64,000 bases of DNA from Myxococcales bacterium (GCA_023248855.1 JAHFDS010000004.1:27876-91875); one strand, 5' to 3'. Shown: positions 1 to 8,432, counted from the stretch's first letter. Translations and numbers: made by a program. The notes: generated from the sequence alone by a model not told the origin.

Positions 1-1601
1 ATTCGCCAGCCGGGCTGCAGGCGCACGCCCCAACCGAGCGTCCAGACATCCTGGACGAACCCACCGACCTCGAGGCCATGGCCGCGGGTGGCGAACAGCC
101 CGGGCTGGAGCTTGCCCCCCGGGCCCTCGGTGCCGGTGCGTACCGCTGCTTCGCAGCCCTCGAAGCGCCCCTGCTCAGGAATGCAGCGTCCGCCCGCGTC
201 CAGCAGGGCTTCATTGCCCGGCGCGGCCTGCTCGAACAGTACGCTCGCCGTGGCCACCTCGAAGCCGGTCTTGAGCTCGTGCCGACCGAGCGCCTCGACA
301 AAGCGGGTCCAGCTGCCCTGGACGGCCAGCCGTGTCGAGCGATAGTGGCTGATATCGACGCCGTTGACCGAGAACACGCCGCTTTGGCGATCGAAGTGGC
401 CGGGCGTGTCGACATCGCCCGACATGGGGCCATTGAGCGCCTCCCGGTAGGTGCCGTTGACCGAGAGGGCGAGCACCGTGCTGTCGCCCAGCCACTTCCA
501 GGCCAGCTGGCCGGTCAGCGCGCCGATGTCGGAGCGCCCCTGCGCCTCCGGCTCCGCGAAGAGGTGAGGGTTGTTGCGCTGCAGCGACAGCGACTCGGTC
601 AGGTGCGCCGTGATCTGGTGCGAAGGCGCGGGCTCCCATTTCAGCTTCGTGAACACGATCGGCGAGTGCACGATGGTGCCCTCGGCGAGCCGCGCGTTGC
701 TGTGCGCGACGATCGGCTCGAAATCGTAGGCGTAGGAAGCGCTCGTGAAGTACCACAGCCGTTGTCGGACCACCGGACCACCGGCGCGCAAGTTGAGCTC
801 GTAGCGGGTGGCGCCCGGTCCGGCGGCCAGCGTGCCCGGCGAGGCGACTGCGCGGGCCGCGAGCTCGTGCTGATTACCCCCCGAACGGGTGAGCATGTTG
901 AGCACGCCACCCATGACCTGCCCGTATTCGGCGGCGAACCCACCGGTCTGCACCTCCACCGCTTCCAGGGCGAAGAAATCGAAGCGCGTCAGCACCGAGT
1001 TCGAGATGGGATCGGCGTAATTGACGCCGTCGATGAGGATCTGGTTGTCGAGCCACGATCCGCCCTGGATGACCGGGCGCCCGGACTCGAGGGCAGGGAT
1101 TCGGTGACGGGTCACGCCCGGAGCGAGCTGGACCAGGTCGTCGAAGCCGCGACGCGTGCCCGGGAGGTCGTCGAACATCTGTCGCCCGTACTCGTTCGAC
1201 AGGCCGAGCCGGCTGGCCTCGACGGTGGGTCGCTCCGCCACCACCTCCACCACCTGCTCGGGCGCCCGCGGCAGGAGTCGCAGCATCACCTCACGACGAC
1301 CGCCGAGCGTGACCGCGACATCCAGCTCGACGGCGGAGGCGCCGTCGGCTCGCTCCGCGAGCAGCGTGTAGCTGCCGGGAGGCAGCTCCGGGAAGCGGAA
1401 GCGTCCCGTCGCGCCCGACAGGGTCCGCGCTTCTCCACGCACCAGGGCCTCTCCCGAGAGCGTCACGGGCACGCCGGGCGCAGGCCGGCCATCGAATGCG
1501 ACCACGCTCCCCTCCAGCACACCGGTCTGGCGCCCCTGACCGTAGGCCGCGCTCCCCATGCCCAGGCCCGCCAGGCAAACGATCACGCTCCCCCCCCGCA
1601 C
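1..1601 (-). CDS. TonB-dependent receptor-like outer-membrane protein (Oar-like: carboxypeptidase-regulatory-like domain + plug); 3' end lies outside the window
   Basis: Absent from the ORF track because the frame stays open to the window edge. My own minus-strand translation, in the phase of position 1601 with a GTG start, gives MRGGSVIVCLAGLGMGSAAYGQG (signal-like). It continues with VTLSGEALVRGEARTLSGATGRFRFPELPPGSYTLLAERADG (CarboxypepD_reg-like pattern). Plug-type motifs follow: LAPGV...IQGGSWLDNQILIDGVNYADP...ALEAVEVQTGGFAAEYGQVMGGVLNMLTRSG. The plus-strand ORF 78..1688 over the same DNA is Arg/Ala-rich antisense noise. Confidence 0.7.
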   Translation of the reverse strand, partial: MRGGSVIVCLAGLGMGSAAYGQGRQTGVLEGSVVAFDGRPAPGVPVTLSGEALVRGEARTLSGATGRFRFPELPPGSYTLLAERADGASAVELDVAVTLGGRREVMLRLLPRAPEQVVEVVAERPTVEASRLGLSNEYGRQMFDDLPGTRRGFDDLVQLAPGVTRHRIPALESGRPVIQGGSWLDNQILIDGVNYADPISNSVLTRFDFFALEAVEVQTGGFAAEYGQVMGGVLNMLTRSGGNQHELAARAVASPGTLAAGPGATRYELNLRAGGPVVRQRLWYFTSASYAYDFEPIVAHSNARLAEGTIVHSPIVFTKLKWEPAPSHQITAHLTESLSLQRNNPHLFAEPEAQGRSDIGALTGQLAWKWLGDSTVLALSVNGTYREALNGPMSGDVDTPGHFDRQSGVFSVNGVDISHYRSTRLAVQGSWTRFVEALGRHELKTGFEVATASVLFEQAAPGNEALLDAGGRCIPEQGRFEGCEAAVRTGTEGPGGKLQPGLFATRGHGLEVGGFVQDVWTLGWGVRLQPGWR

Positions 1602-1675
1602 ATCGGAACGGTAACACGCCCGCCAGCCATCGGTATCGGCGTTCGCTCCCGGATCGGCGGAGATCCGCCGAGAGT

Positions 1676-1690
1676 GGACTTTGGTTGATT
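1676..1690 (+). promoter_or_regulatory. GGACT-TT-GGTTGATT box, copy 1, 45 nt upstream of the activator ATG
   Basis: Sequence ggactttggttgatt. Same orientation as the downstream gene. One of five oriented copies (see findings). Confidence 0.4.
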
Positions 1691-1735
1691 GACCGCGGGG
1701 GCGTGCCGGGCGATGGATGGAGACAGGAGGCCACA

Positions 1736-3493
1736 ATGGACGCGGCCGATTCGCACATCACGGTTCAGGCCTCCGGGGACGAGGCGACGGTGTGCGCAGG
1801 AGAGCCACACCTGCTGGTGTTCGGGTCCGAGCGAGCCCCCCTCTTTCGGCTCGCGATGGATGGCTCGTATGTCATCGGTCGAGCGGCGGAGGCGGACATC
1901 GTCGTGACCGATCACTCGGTGTCCCGCAAGCACGCCGTGCTCGCGCTCGCGGCTGGGCGCGCGCGCCTGCGCGACCTCGGCAGCGTCAACGGTACCCGGG
2001 TCAACGGACAGCGCGTCACCGAGCCGCTCGATCTGCGGGTCGGGGACGTCATCAGCGTCGGCAGCGTGCAGATCGTCTTCCAGCGCATGGGGCGCGAACG
2101 CGGGCGCCCCGATCTCCTGACCTGGCAGGCCTTCGAGCAATGCCTGCGCGCCGAGGTCGAACGCTCCCTGCCGGCGCTGCGGCCCCTGAGCCTGCTGCTC
2201 GCGCACGTCTCGGAGCCCTGGACGAAGGATCTCTGGGGGCCCTTCGTATCGTCGTTGCGGACCATGGACGCCCTGGCGCTGCACGACGACCACACGCTGG
2301 CCATCCTGCTGCCGGAGATCTCGGTGATGGAGGCCCGGCTGCCGGCCCACAGGCTGCTGCAGCTGCTCCAGGAAAAAGGGATGCCCGCGCGGGTCGGGGC
2401 CGCGGGTTTCCCGGAGGACGCGAGCGACGCGTCGGCGCTCCTTGAGGCGGCCGGCGTGGCGCTCGATCGAACGCCGGTCGGTCAGGTGTGCACGCCCGAG
2501 GACACCGTGCACGTGAGCCTCGGCAAGCACCTCGCCTCGTTCGCCGAGCCCTCGGTCAAGACGCTGCTCGCGCTGACGCGCAAGCTGGCGGTCAGCGATC
2601 TGCCGGTGCTGGTGTACGGCGAGACGGGCGTCGGCAAGGAGCTGTTCGCTGCTGCCGTGCACCACTTCTCGCCGCGGGCGCGCGGGCCGATGGTGACCAT
2701 GAACTGCGCGGCTCTGCCGGAGAACCTGGTGGAGAGCGAGCTGTTCGGCTACAACCGCGGCGCCTTCACGGGCGCGGTCGAGGCCCACGCGGGCAAGCTC
2801 GAGGCCGCCGCTGGAGGCACGCTCTTCCTCGACGAGATCGGGGAGATGCCGCTCGCGCTGCAGGCGAAGCTGCTCCGCGTCCTCGAGGAGAAAGAGCTCA
2901 CGCGGCTCGGCGACAACAAGCCCCGCAAGCTGGACCTCCGCCTGGTGGCCGCCACCAACCGCGACCTGCGCCAGGAGGCCGACTACGGGCGCTTCCGCAG
3001 CGACCTCTACTATCGCCTGAGCGCCGCCATCGTGGTGGTGCCGCCCTTACGCGAGCGCCCGCGCGACGTGCCGCTCCTGGCGCGCCACTTCGCCGAGCAG
3101 ATCGCGGCCCGGTCCGGCGCCCAGCCCCTGGAGGTGCCGCCGTCCACCCTGCGCCTCCTGAACGGCTACGCGTGGCCAGGCAACGTGCGGGAGCTGCGCA
3201 ACGTGATTGAGCGCGCGGCCGCCACCGCGACCGGACCGAGCCTCGAGCCCTGGATGCTTCCGGCCGAGATCAGGGGCGACGATCCCAGCGACGAGAGCGC
3301 GGTCCCTGCGCGGTCCCTGAGCGAGGAGCTGCGCGAGTTCGAGCGCCGCCGGATCGTGGAGGCGCTCGAGGAGGCCGGCTGGATCCAGGCGCGAGCGGCC
3401 GCCGCCATGGGCCTGCCGGTCCGCACGCTCTACGACAGGATGCGGCAGTACGGCATCGAGGGCCGGCGGCGGCGCCGGCAAGAGCGCAGCTGA
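1736..3493 (+). CDS. Sigma-54-dependent transcriptional activator (bEBP) with N-terminal FHA domain and C-terminal Fis-type HTH
   Basis: Start moved to ATG 1736, in frame with track ORF 1496..3493 and preceded by ggagacaggagg. FHA pattern: [25 protein letters not shown]...[16 protein letters not shown]+ Walker A: [14 protein letters not shown] loop: YNRGAFTGA. Walker B: TLFLDEIGE. Also [13 protein letters not shown] and [18 protein letters not shown] tail: [21 protein letters not shown]. Confidence 0.92.
   Translation: MDAADSHITVQASGDEATVCAGEPHLLVFGSERAPLFRLAMDGSYVIGRAAEADIVVTDHSVSRKHAVLALAAGRARLRDLGSVNGTRVNGQRVTEPLDLRVGDVISVGSVQIVFQRMGRERGRPDLLTWQAFEQCLRAEVERSLPALRPLSLLLAHVSEPWTKDLWGPFVSSLRTMDALALHDDHTLAILLPEISVMEARLPAHRLLQLLQEKGMPARVGAAGFPEDASDASALLEAAGVALDRTPVGQVCTPEDTVHVSLGKHLASFAEPSVKTLLALTRKLAVSDLPVLVYGETGVGKELFAAAVHHFSPRARGPMVTMNCAALPENLVESELFGYNRGAFTGAVEAHAGKLEAAAGGTLFLDEIGEMPLALQAKLLRVLEEKELTRLGDNKPRKLDLRLVAATNRDLRQEADYGRFRSDLYYRLSAAIVVVPPLRERPRDVPLLARHFAEQIAARSGAQPLEVPPSTLRLLNGYAWPGNVRELRNVIERAAATATGPSLEPWMLPAEIRGDDPSDESAVPARSLSEELREFERRRIVEALEEAGWIQARAAAAMGLPVRTLYDRMRQYGIEGRRRRRQERS
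2113..2475 (+). other. Degenerate GGDEF-like middle domain inside the activator
   Basis: [18 protein letters not shown]...[11 protein letters not shown]...[30 protein letters not shown]...[28 protein letters not shown] follows the spacing of a GGDEF fold. HDDHT replaces GGDEF and the usual catalytic acids are absent. This is a pattern-level call only. Confidence 0.4.
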
Positions 3494-3508
3494 GCTGCAA
3501 CCGGGACG

Positions 3509-3600
3509 CCTCCGTGATGACAGGGGCGCGATACGCGGTGGGTGGCCTCATGCTGGAGACGCCCAAGTATCGGTTTAGTCGGCAGCAAGCGGGCGTATGA
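3509..3600. repeat. Intergenic repeat family 1, copy A (core GGCCTCATGCTGGAGAC ... TCGGCAGCAAGCGGGCG)
   Basis: Aligns by eye with 6198..6300. Shared blocks are tccg.ga, cgatac, ggcctcatgctggagac (17/17) and tcggcagcaa.cgggcg..tga. Confidence 0.6.
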
Positions 3601-3643
3601 CTAGACAGAAACGCGTAGACCCCGCGCCAGCGCTCTGGGCCGC

Positions 3644-3749
3644 TCCCGGTCCCGGTCCCCTTCCCGGTCCCGAGCGTCCGCAGCGGCTGAGCCAGCTCGA
3701 ACACCGGACTCGGATCGGGATCGGGACCGGGATCGGGACCGGGACCGGC
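3644..3749. repeat. Hexamer microsatellite arms in inverted orientation (CCCGGT-type at 3644-3672; GGGAYC-type at 3711-3749)
   Basis: Left arm: tcccggtcccggtccccttcccggtcccg. Right arm: cggatcgggatcgggaccgggatcgggaccgggaccgg. The right arm contains the reverse complement of the left-arm core (ggggaccgggaccggg versus cccggtcccggtcccc). Confidence 0.7.
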
Positions 3750-3871
3750 TTCGGATGGCGCCGCATCAATGCGACTCTGTTTACCTTCGGCCCGGCTCGG
3801 TCCGTTGAACCGGCGTGATCTGCCGGGAGCCACGCATTGACTCGGCGACTCCTGCCGATCACCGCGCGCAA

Positions 3872-3937
3872 CCCGCGGCCTCCGTCGGAGTGCCGAGCGC
3901 GCCATCGAGCGTGTCTGCAACGCTGCAGTGCGCCTCC
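3872..3937 (+). pseudogene. Relic of the 5' end of a serine-hydrolase (beta-lactamase family) gene
   Basis: cccgcggcctccgtcggagtgccgagcgcgccatcgagcgtgtctgcaacgctgcagtgcgcctc closely matches 14955..15021, the start of the intact gene at 14937. No continuation of that reading frame follows. Confidence 0.55.
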
Positions 3938-4088
3938 CCGGCTCGTGGTCGCCCCCCAAAGGCAGTTGGTACCTGCGATGCATCGTGGCCTCATGCACGG
4001 AGGCGTCCAGCGCATGCATCCATTGAGTCATCGGTCGGTCCTGCCAATCGCGGTCATTCACCTTGCTCCTTCAGAGCAGGCAGACGAC

Positions 4089-4136
4089 ATGGTGAGCGAG
4101 AAGGCGTCTGATGTGATCCTTGACGACGCCCGATGA
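4089..4136 (+). pseudogene. Relic of the 3' end of a GMC-oxidoreductase gene
   Basis: Encodes MVSEKASDVILDDAR-stop. The intact GMC gene ends YMVSEKASDVILEDAH-stop at 59631..59678, and the DNA is also similar. Nothing GMC-like lies upstream. Its TGA overlaps the ATG of the next gene (ATGA at 4133). Confidence 0.55.
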
Positions 4137-5032
4137 CGTTGCGCGTCCTGTTGTTGGCCCTTTTGTTGTCGGCCTGCGGACGAACGCACGTCTTCAAGCG
4201 AGGAGACGCGATGCCACCACTCTCGAGCAAGACCGTGGTCTTCATCCACGGCATGTACATGACGCCGTCGTGTTGGGAGGACTGGGTCAGGCGGTTCGCC
4301 GAGCGCGGATACCAGGCCATGGCGCCGGCATGGCCTGGTCGTGAGGGCAAGACGGTGGCTGAGCTGCGTGACCAGCGCGATCCCAGGCTAGGTGAGCTCG
4401 GGTTGCCGGCGATCGTGGACCATTACGCGCGCATCCTACGCGCGCTGCCCCAGAAACCGATCATCGTGGGGCACTCGATGGGCGGGTTGGTCGTGCAGCT
4501 GCTTCTACAACAAGGCCTGGCCGAGGCGGGCGTCGCCATCGACTCGGCCCCGCCCCAGGGATTTGTGGGCCTGCTGACGAAGTGGGCTTTCAAGTGGTCA
4601 TTCGTGAAGGCCAACTGGCAGATCGGCCCCTTCAAGTCGAAGGCCACGCCCCACGTCATGACGCTCGAAGAATTCCGGTACGGTTGGGCGCACACTCTGC
4701 CGGAGGACGCCCAACGACGGTTCTACGAGCGCTACGTGGTGCCGGAGTCGCGCCGTGTCGGCGAAGGTCCGACTACGGATGCTGCACTAATCGATTTTTC
4801 GCGCGAGCATGCTCCTCTCCTGCTCATTGCGGGAGTCGAAGATCGCACGATCCCGGTGCGGCTCAACCAGGATACGTATGCGGCCTACTTGCAGAGCCCA
4901 TCCATCACCAACCTTCTGGAGGTAGAGGGGCGTACGCACCTGATCCTCAACCAGCCGGGCTGGGAAGAAGTGGCAGACGACGTTCTCGGCTGGATCGCCG
5001 GGAGAGGACATACGACGGCAAGTCAGCGGTAG
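4133..5032 (+). CDS. Alpha/beta-hydrolase lipoprotein
   Basis: Signal plus lipobox: MTLRVLLLALLLSAC. Then VVFIHGMYMTPSCW and the nucleophile elbow GHSMGG. Composition is coding-like. Confidence 0.85.
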   Translation: MTLRVLLLALLLSACGRTHVFKRGDAMPPLSSKTVVFIHGMYMTPSCWEDWVRRFAERGYQAMAPAWPGREGKTVAELRDQRDPRLGELGLPAIVDHYARILRALPQKPIIVGHSMGGLVVQLLLQQGLAEAGVAIDSAPPQGFVGLLTKWAFKWSFVKANWQIGPFKSKATPHVMTLEEFRYGWAHTLPEDAQRRFYERYVVPESRRVGEGPTTDAALIDFSREHAPLLLIAGVEDRTIPVRLNQDTYAAYLQSPSITNLLEVEGRTHLILNQPGWEEVADDVLGWIAGRGHTTASQR

Positions 5033-5132
5033 CTTGCCTGGTCGTGATCCTGAAGCCCTCATGTGCGCAAGCGCGGCGGCGCTGTCCGGCCATGTCGATG
5101 GCCGGCATGCGCCATGCTGCTTCCTGCACCAT

Positions 5133-5405
5133 CCGTTGCCGCCGTCTACCTTGTGCTTCCTGAACCGCCATGCGTGGCCAGGCAACGTGCGGGAGCTGCG
5201 CAACGTGATTGAGCGCGCGGCCGCCACCGCGACCGGACCGAGCCTCGAGGCCTGGATGCCTCCGGCCGACAGAGGCGCTCGAGGAGGCCGGCTGGATCCC
5301 AGGCGCGAGCCGCCGCCGACATGGGCCTGCCGGTTCGCACGCGCTACGACAGGATGCGGCAGTATGGCATCGAGGCCGCCGGCGGCGCCGGCAAGAGCGC
5401 AGCTG
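5133..5405 (+). pseudogene. Truncated, internally deleted and frameshifted duplicate of the 3' end of the sigma-54 activator gene
   Basis: DNA is near-identical to 3144..3491 (gcgtggccaggcaacgtgcgggagctgcgcaacgtgattgagcgcgcggccgccaccgcgaccggaccgagcctcgag...). About 75 nt are deleted after ccggccga, and the frame is broken. The pieces appear in track ORFs 5034.., 5209.. and 5321.. as [35 protein letters not shown] and [18 protein letters not shown]. Confidence 0.8.
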
Positions 5406-5558
5406 AGGCCGGAAAGCTCCAGCCCGGCGGATCGTCGTTCTTTCGTAGATTCCCGGCGCTTGTTCCAGGGTGCATGGTGCTCTCGCTGCGACTCTACCGG
5501 CACATCCGCCGCTGCTGCGGCTTGTCCTCGGGCCCATCGAGAACTTCTGGAGGATACC

Positions 5559-6152
5559 ATGCGATCAGCGTCCCTTTCGGCGACCGTTCTGGGCATTCTC
5601 GCTCTCGTCTTGGGCTGCGGAGCCGGATCCGGGACACCCGGCGGAGCTGGCATGGGTCCCGGCGGAGCGCGCGGGGGGGATCCGGCTGGCGCCGGCGCCG
5701 GTGCAGGCGGCGTCACCGGCGGGGGCGGCGGGGGCGGGGGATCGGGCGGAAGTGCGGGCCTCTCCGGTGGCGCCGACCCAAGCATGGGGAGTGGTGGCAC
5801 CGGCATGGCAGTTGCCTGCACCTCGGACGACACCTGTGCCTGCACCGAGTCGTGTCGCCTGGCGGCGAAGAATCTTCCGGGGCCGACCCGCTGCTTGCCT
5901 CGCAACGTCACCCCCTGCACTGCGGCCACCGAGGCGAGCTGTGGCGCCGGCCGCTACTGCATGGACGCGACCCGCCAGGTCGGAACGGTCCATTGTGGGC
6001 TCGAATGCGTCTGGCAGGCGGACTGCTTGCGCGCGGGTTTTGTCTGCCCGTCAGGCTGGCAATGCGTGGACGTGGGTGGCGCCGGAACCTGCCGCCGAGC
6101 GGGAACGGCCGGCGACCCCAGCGGCGGGGACGGCAGCGGCGGAAACGGCTAG
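5559..6152 (+). CDS. Gly-rich / Cys-rich lipoprotein, unknown function
   Basis: ATG 5559 is in frame with track ORF 5034..6152 and preceded by ctggagga. MRSASLSATVLGILALVLGC gives a lipobox. A poly-Gly linker and a Cys-rich C-terminal half follow (CTSDDTCACTESC...CGLECVWQADC...CPSGWQCVDVGGAGTC). Confidence 0.75.
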   Translation: MRSASLSATVLGILALVLGCGAGSGTPGGAGMGPGGARGGDPAGAGAGAGGVTGGGGGGGGSGGSAGLSGGADPSMGSGGTGMAVACTSDDTCACTESCRLAAKNLPGPTRCLPRNVTPCTAATEASCGAGRYCMDATRQVGTVHCGLECVWQADCLRAGFVCPSGWQCVDVGGAGTCRRAGTAGDPSGGDGSGGNG

Positions 6153-6916
6153 CCTCTCGGACCAGATCGATGCGCGGAATCGTATGCTGGCCGGGATGCT
6201 TCCGATAGGACCTGGGACCGATACTCAGCGGGCGGCCTCATGCTGGAGACCTCCACCGCGGTCAGGTATAGGGATTGATCGGCAGCAAACGGGCGCGTGA
6301 TCTGCCGGTACGTCCAGGGATCCTCGTCGAATCTGCGCTCGGTGAATCCGAAGGCCTGAGCCAGCGCGAGGCCGCGCTTGTTACCCCTGAGGACCACTTC
6401 GATCCCTCTCCGATAGCCGAGCAAGCGCGCGATGTCGATCATCTGGCAAACCAGGATCCGGCCGATTCCGGCGCCCTGGTGATCCTGGTGAACCACGACG
6501 CCGAGCCCGAACGACGGAATCCCGTCCTCTTGGCCCAGGTCGTTCAGATCTGCCAGCGCCACCGGACGTCCTTCGACGAACGCCATGATGCTCTTGACCG
6601 TCGGCACACGGATGAACCGACCGATGTCAATCTCGTTGACGCTGGCTCTTCCGAATCGACACTCCAGGGTCTCAGCCGACAGGCTCCTCAGGAACCGGCC
6701 CACCTGGGCCGTGCCTTCGGGCCGGCTCAGCGTCAGCGGTGGGCCATCGGCCGCCCGGGAGCGCGTCCAGGACCAGCCCAGCTCCACGGCCTGCAGGAAC
6801 GGGCCCGCGCCACTCCGTCCGGAACATGCGGGCAGGGCCGCAACTCGGTGCTCGTCGACCTGCGCCTTTGCATTCCGGCGCCAGGCACCGACTCCACCCT
6901 GGCGATGGGCATACAC
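6149..6916 (-). CDS. GNAT-family N-acetyltransferase (start uncertain)
   Basis: Acetyl-CoA site pattern: VVVHQDHQGAGIGRILVCQMIDIAR, followed by LRGNKRGLALAQAFGF. The last ~45 codons read through repeat family 1 copy B (VSSMRPPAEYRSQVLSEASR), so the C-terminal tail may not be native. Confidence 0.6.
   Translation of the reverse strand: MYAHRQGGVGAWRRNAKAQVDEHRVAALPACSGRSGAGPFLQAVELGWSWTRSRAADGPPLTLSRPEGTAQVGRFLRSLSAETLECRFGRASVNEIDIGRFIRVPTVKSIMAFVEGRPVALADLNDLGQEDGIPSFGLGVVVHQDHQGAGIGRILVCQMIDIARLLGYRRGIEVVLRGNKRGLALAQAFGFTERRFDEDPWTYRQITRPFAADQSLYLTAVEVSSMRPPAEYRSQVLSEASRPAYDSAHRSGPRG
6198..6300. repeat. Intergenic repeat family 1, copy B
   Basis: See copy A. It is preceded at 6138..6185 by ggaaacggctagc...ggaatcg, which also recurs at 14619..14665. 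Confidence 0.6.
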
Positions 6917-8188
6917 CTACCGGAGCTCCAGACGTGCTTCGTCTGCCCCATCTTCTCCGCCCTCGTACGTCATGCGTTCGACGTCAGCGCGGGGATAGAC
7001 CCGCGCCAGATCGATGCATTGGCCATCCAGTTGCGCTCCGCGCGGGATCGACGTGAACCTGACCGCGAGCGCCGATCCCGGCAAGGAAGGTCGGTCGCCC
7101 GCAGACAGGTGCAGGATTGCCGAGGTCAGGCCGCGACTGCTCGGGACGTCCCAGGGATCGTCCTCGCCCCAGCTCTGAGCGGCCCGTAAGAACATCGTCA
7201 CTTGCGTCTTCCTCTCGAGGGAGGGCATCGTCATGAAGGGAACCACCTGACCCGGTCCGGCCTGGAGGCTCGAGAAACGCGCCCAGCGTGTCGAGATGAC
7301 GTCGTCGCGGCAAAGAGCGAAGAACGACCTGGGTAAGTCCTTCTGCCTCAGGTCCAGCGCGTTCGTCCTCATCGCCTCGAGTGCCTTGTCGACGACGGCA
7401 AAGCAAGTCATGTTCGGCGCCTCCTCGAAGCCCTCGAGCTTTCCCTGATGTCCGCTGGTCCAGGCCTCCGTGGCGCCGTAGGCGTGGGCTGCTTGTGGAT
7501 GACCGAGGTACAAGGCTGCGGCTTCGATCGCATGAGGATATTGCACCCTCTTCAAGTTGACATCGGGCAATCCCACGAGCTGAAGGGAGGTCGCCACCGG
7601 GAGGGGAAGGTCCCCCGGATAGCACGAAGCCGTATCGAACGTGGTGTAGACGCGACCCCGAGACGCCCCCCCCTTCGAGCGGGAGCTCCCCACGGGGACG
7701 CTCTCGTGGTGAAGTAGACCGATGCGCAATTCGCCAGACAATGAGCACCACAGTGAGGCGATCGCGAGATGGTGAATACCGGTCGGGTAGGCGGCCTTGA
7801 AGCGCAGCACAAGTGCCAGGCCGCGGTGCTCCCCGTTCATGCCAGTGGTGCGCTCGTCGGTACCCCGACAGAGGCTCCCCAGCCAGCGTGTCACATCCTC
7901 TTCGTTCAACTCGCCGAAGGCGCGCGCAAAAAGCGGCTCGCTCGCCAGCGCGCACCTCAACTCGGAGACGCTTGGAGAGGTCCATCGTCCTGGTGAGATC
8001 ACGGGTCGCCAGTCGAGCTCCTCCTCCACGGATCCAGGGGAGGGATCCGCCGGGATGGCACCGAGGTCGTGCACTCGGTGCCAGAACCTTCCTGTTTCTA
8101 TCAACCGGCCGACGGCATCGGCCCCGACGGAGCGACTCTCCTCCATGACGACCCTCCTCATCGACCCTGCCTCCTGATCTAGCGTCAT
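6917..8188 (-). CDS. Hypothetical protein (423 aa), no family recognised
   Basis: Balanced, coding-like composition in a visibly less GC-rich stretch. It abuts the GNAT gene (stop 6917, next start 6916). The overlapping ORF 6984..8198 is Arg-rich noise. Confidence 0.6.
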   Translation of the reverse strand: MTLDQEAGSMRRVVMEESRSVGADAVGRLIETGRFWHRVHDLGAIPADPSPGSVEEELDWRPVISPGRWTSPSVSELRCALASEPLFARAFGELNEEDVTRWLGSLCRGTDERTTGMNGEHRGLALVLRFKAAYPTGIHHLAIASLWCSLSGELRIGLLHHESVPVGSSRSKGGASRGRVYTTFDTASCYPGDLPLPVATSLQLVGLPDVNLKRVQYPHAIEAAALYLGHPQAAHAYGATEAWTSGHQGKLEGFEEAPNMTCFAVVDKALEAMRTNALDLRQKDLPRSFFALCRDDVISTRWARFSSLQAGPGQVVPFMTMPSLERKTQVTMFLRAAQSWGEDDPWDVPSSRGLTSAILHLSAGDRPSLPGSALAVRFTSIPRGAQLDGQCIDLARVYPRADVERMTYEGGEDGADEARLELR

Positions 8189-8253
8189 TGGCCGACATGG
8201 ATCAGGGAACGCAGATTACGAAGGCAGGATGCGCCATTCATCCCTGAGGCGAG

Positions 8254-8269
8254 AATCAACCAAAGGACC
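8254..8269 (-). promoter_or_regulatory. GGTCC-TTT-GGTTGATT box, copy 2, 65 nt upstream of the ATG at 8188
   Basis: Plus strand reads aatcaaccaaaggacc. The reverse complement is ggtcctttggttgatt, oriented with the minus-strand gene. Confidence 0.4.
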
Positions 8270-8409
8270 ATTACGTCACTACGTCACGATCTCGTCGTCG
8301 TCCGTGGACGGACCTGGCGAGCGCCAATTTCGACGAATCGGCAGATCCCGCCGATTCGTGGCAGATCATGCCGACCGAGCCGCGATGTCGCGCCCGACCC
8401 TAGCGTCTT

Positions 8410-8425
8410 GGTCCCAAGGTTGATT
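8410..8425 (+). promoter_or_regulatory. GGTCC-CAA-GGTTGATT box, copy 3, 35 nt upstream of ATG 8461
   Basis: Sequence ggtcccaaggttgatt, oriented with the plus-strand ORF. Confidence 0.4.
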
Positions 8426-8432
8426 CTTCAAG

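Noticed and set aside
78-1688. 536-aa plus-strand ORF, plus several 60-180-aa ORFs over the same DNA
   Set aside because: Composition is extreme Arg/Ala/Gly/Pro with no motifs. The opposite strand, in the one frame that has no stop in the window, encodes a coherent TonB-receptor-like protein. These are antisense shadow ORFs typical of high-GC DNA.
1683-1690. Reading TTGATT of the box as a sigma-70 -35 hexamer
   Set aside because: None of the five copies has a plausible TAnnnT-type -10 element 16-18 nt downstream.
3644-3749. Possible CRISPR-like or coding Gly-Pro repeat
   Set aside because: The units are 6 nt with no spacers. No intact ORF with sensible context covers them, and no cas genes are in the window.
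5034-6152. 372-aa ORF as a single protein
   Set aside because: The first 175 codons are read-through of the activator-gene relic and spacer. The real gene starts at ATG 5559 with an RBS and a lipoprotein signal.
8254-8425. MITE interpretation: inverted GGTTGATT-containing repeats flanking ~140 nt (and 14473..14776 flanking ~270 nt)
   Set aside because: Sequence conservation between the two loci continues well beyond the right-hand 'terminal' repeat (gcatcattgctgcac...tgcgggg.cgcgg and into a gene remnant). A fifth solitary copy exists at 1676, and no target-site duplication is visible. Oriented promoter-proximal boxes in duplicated divergent promoters explain the data better.
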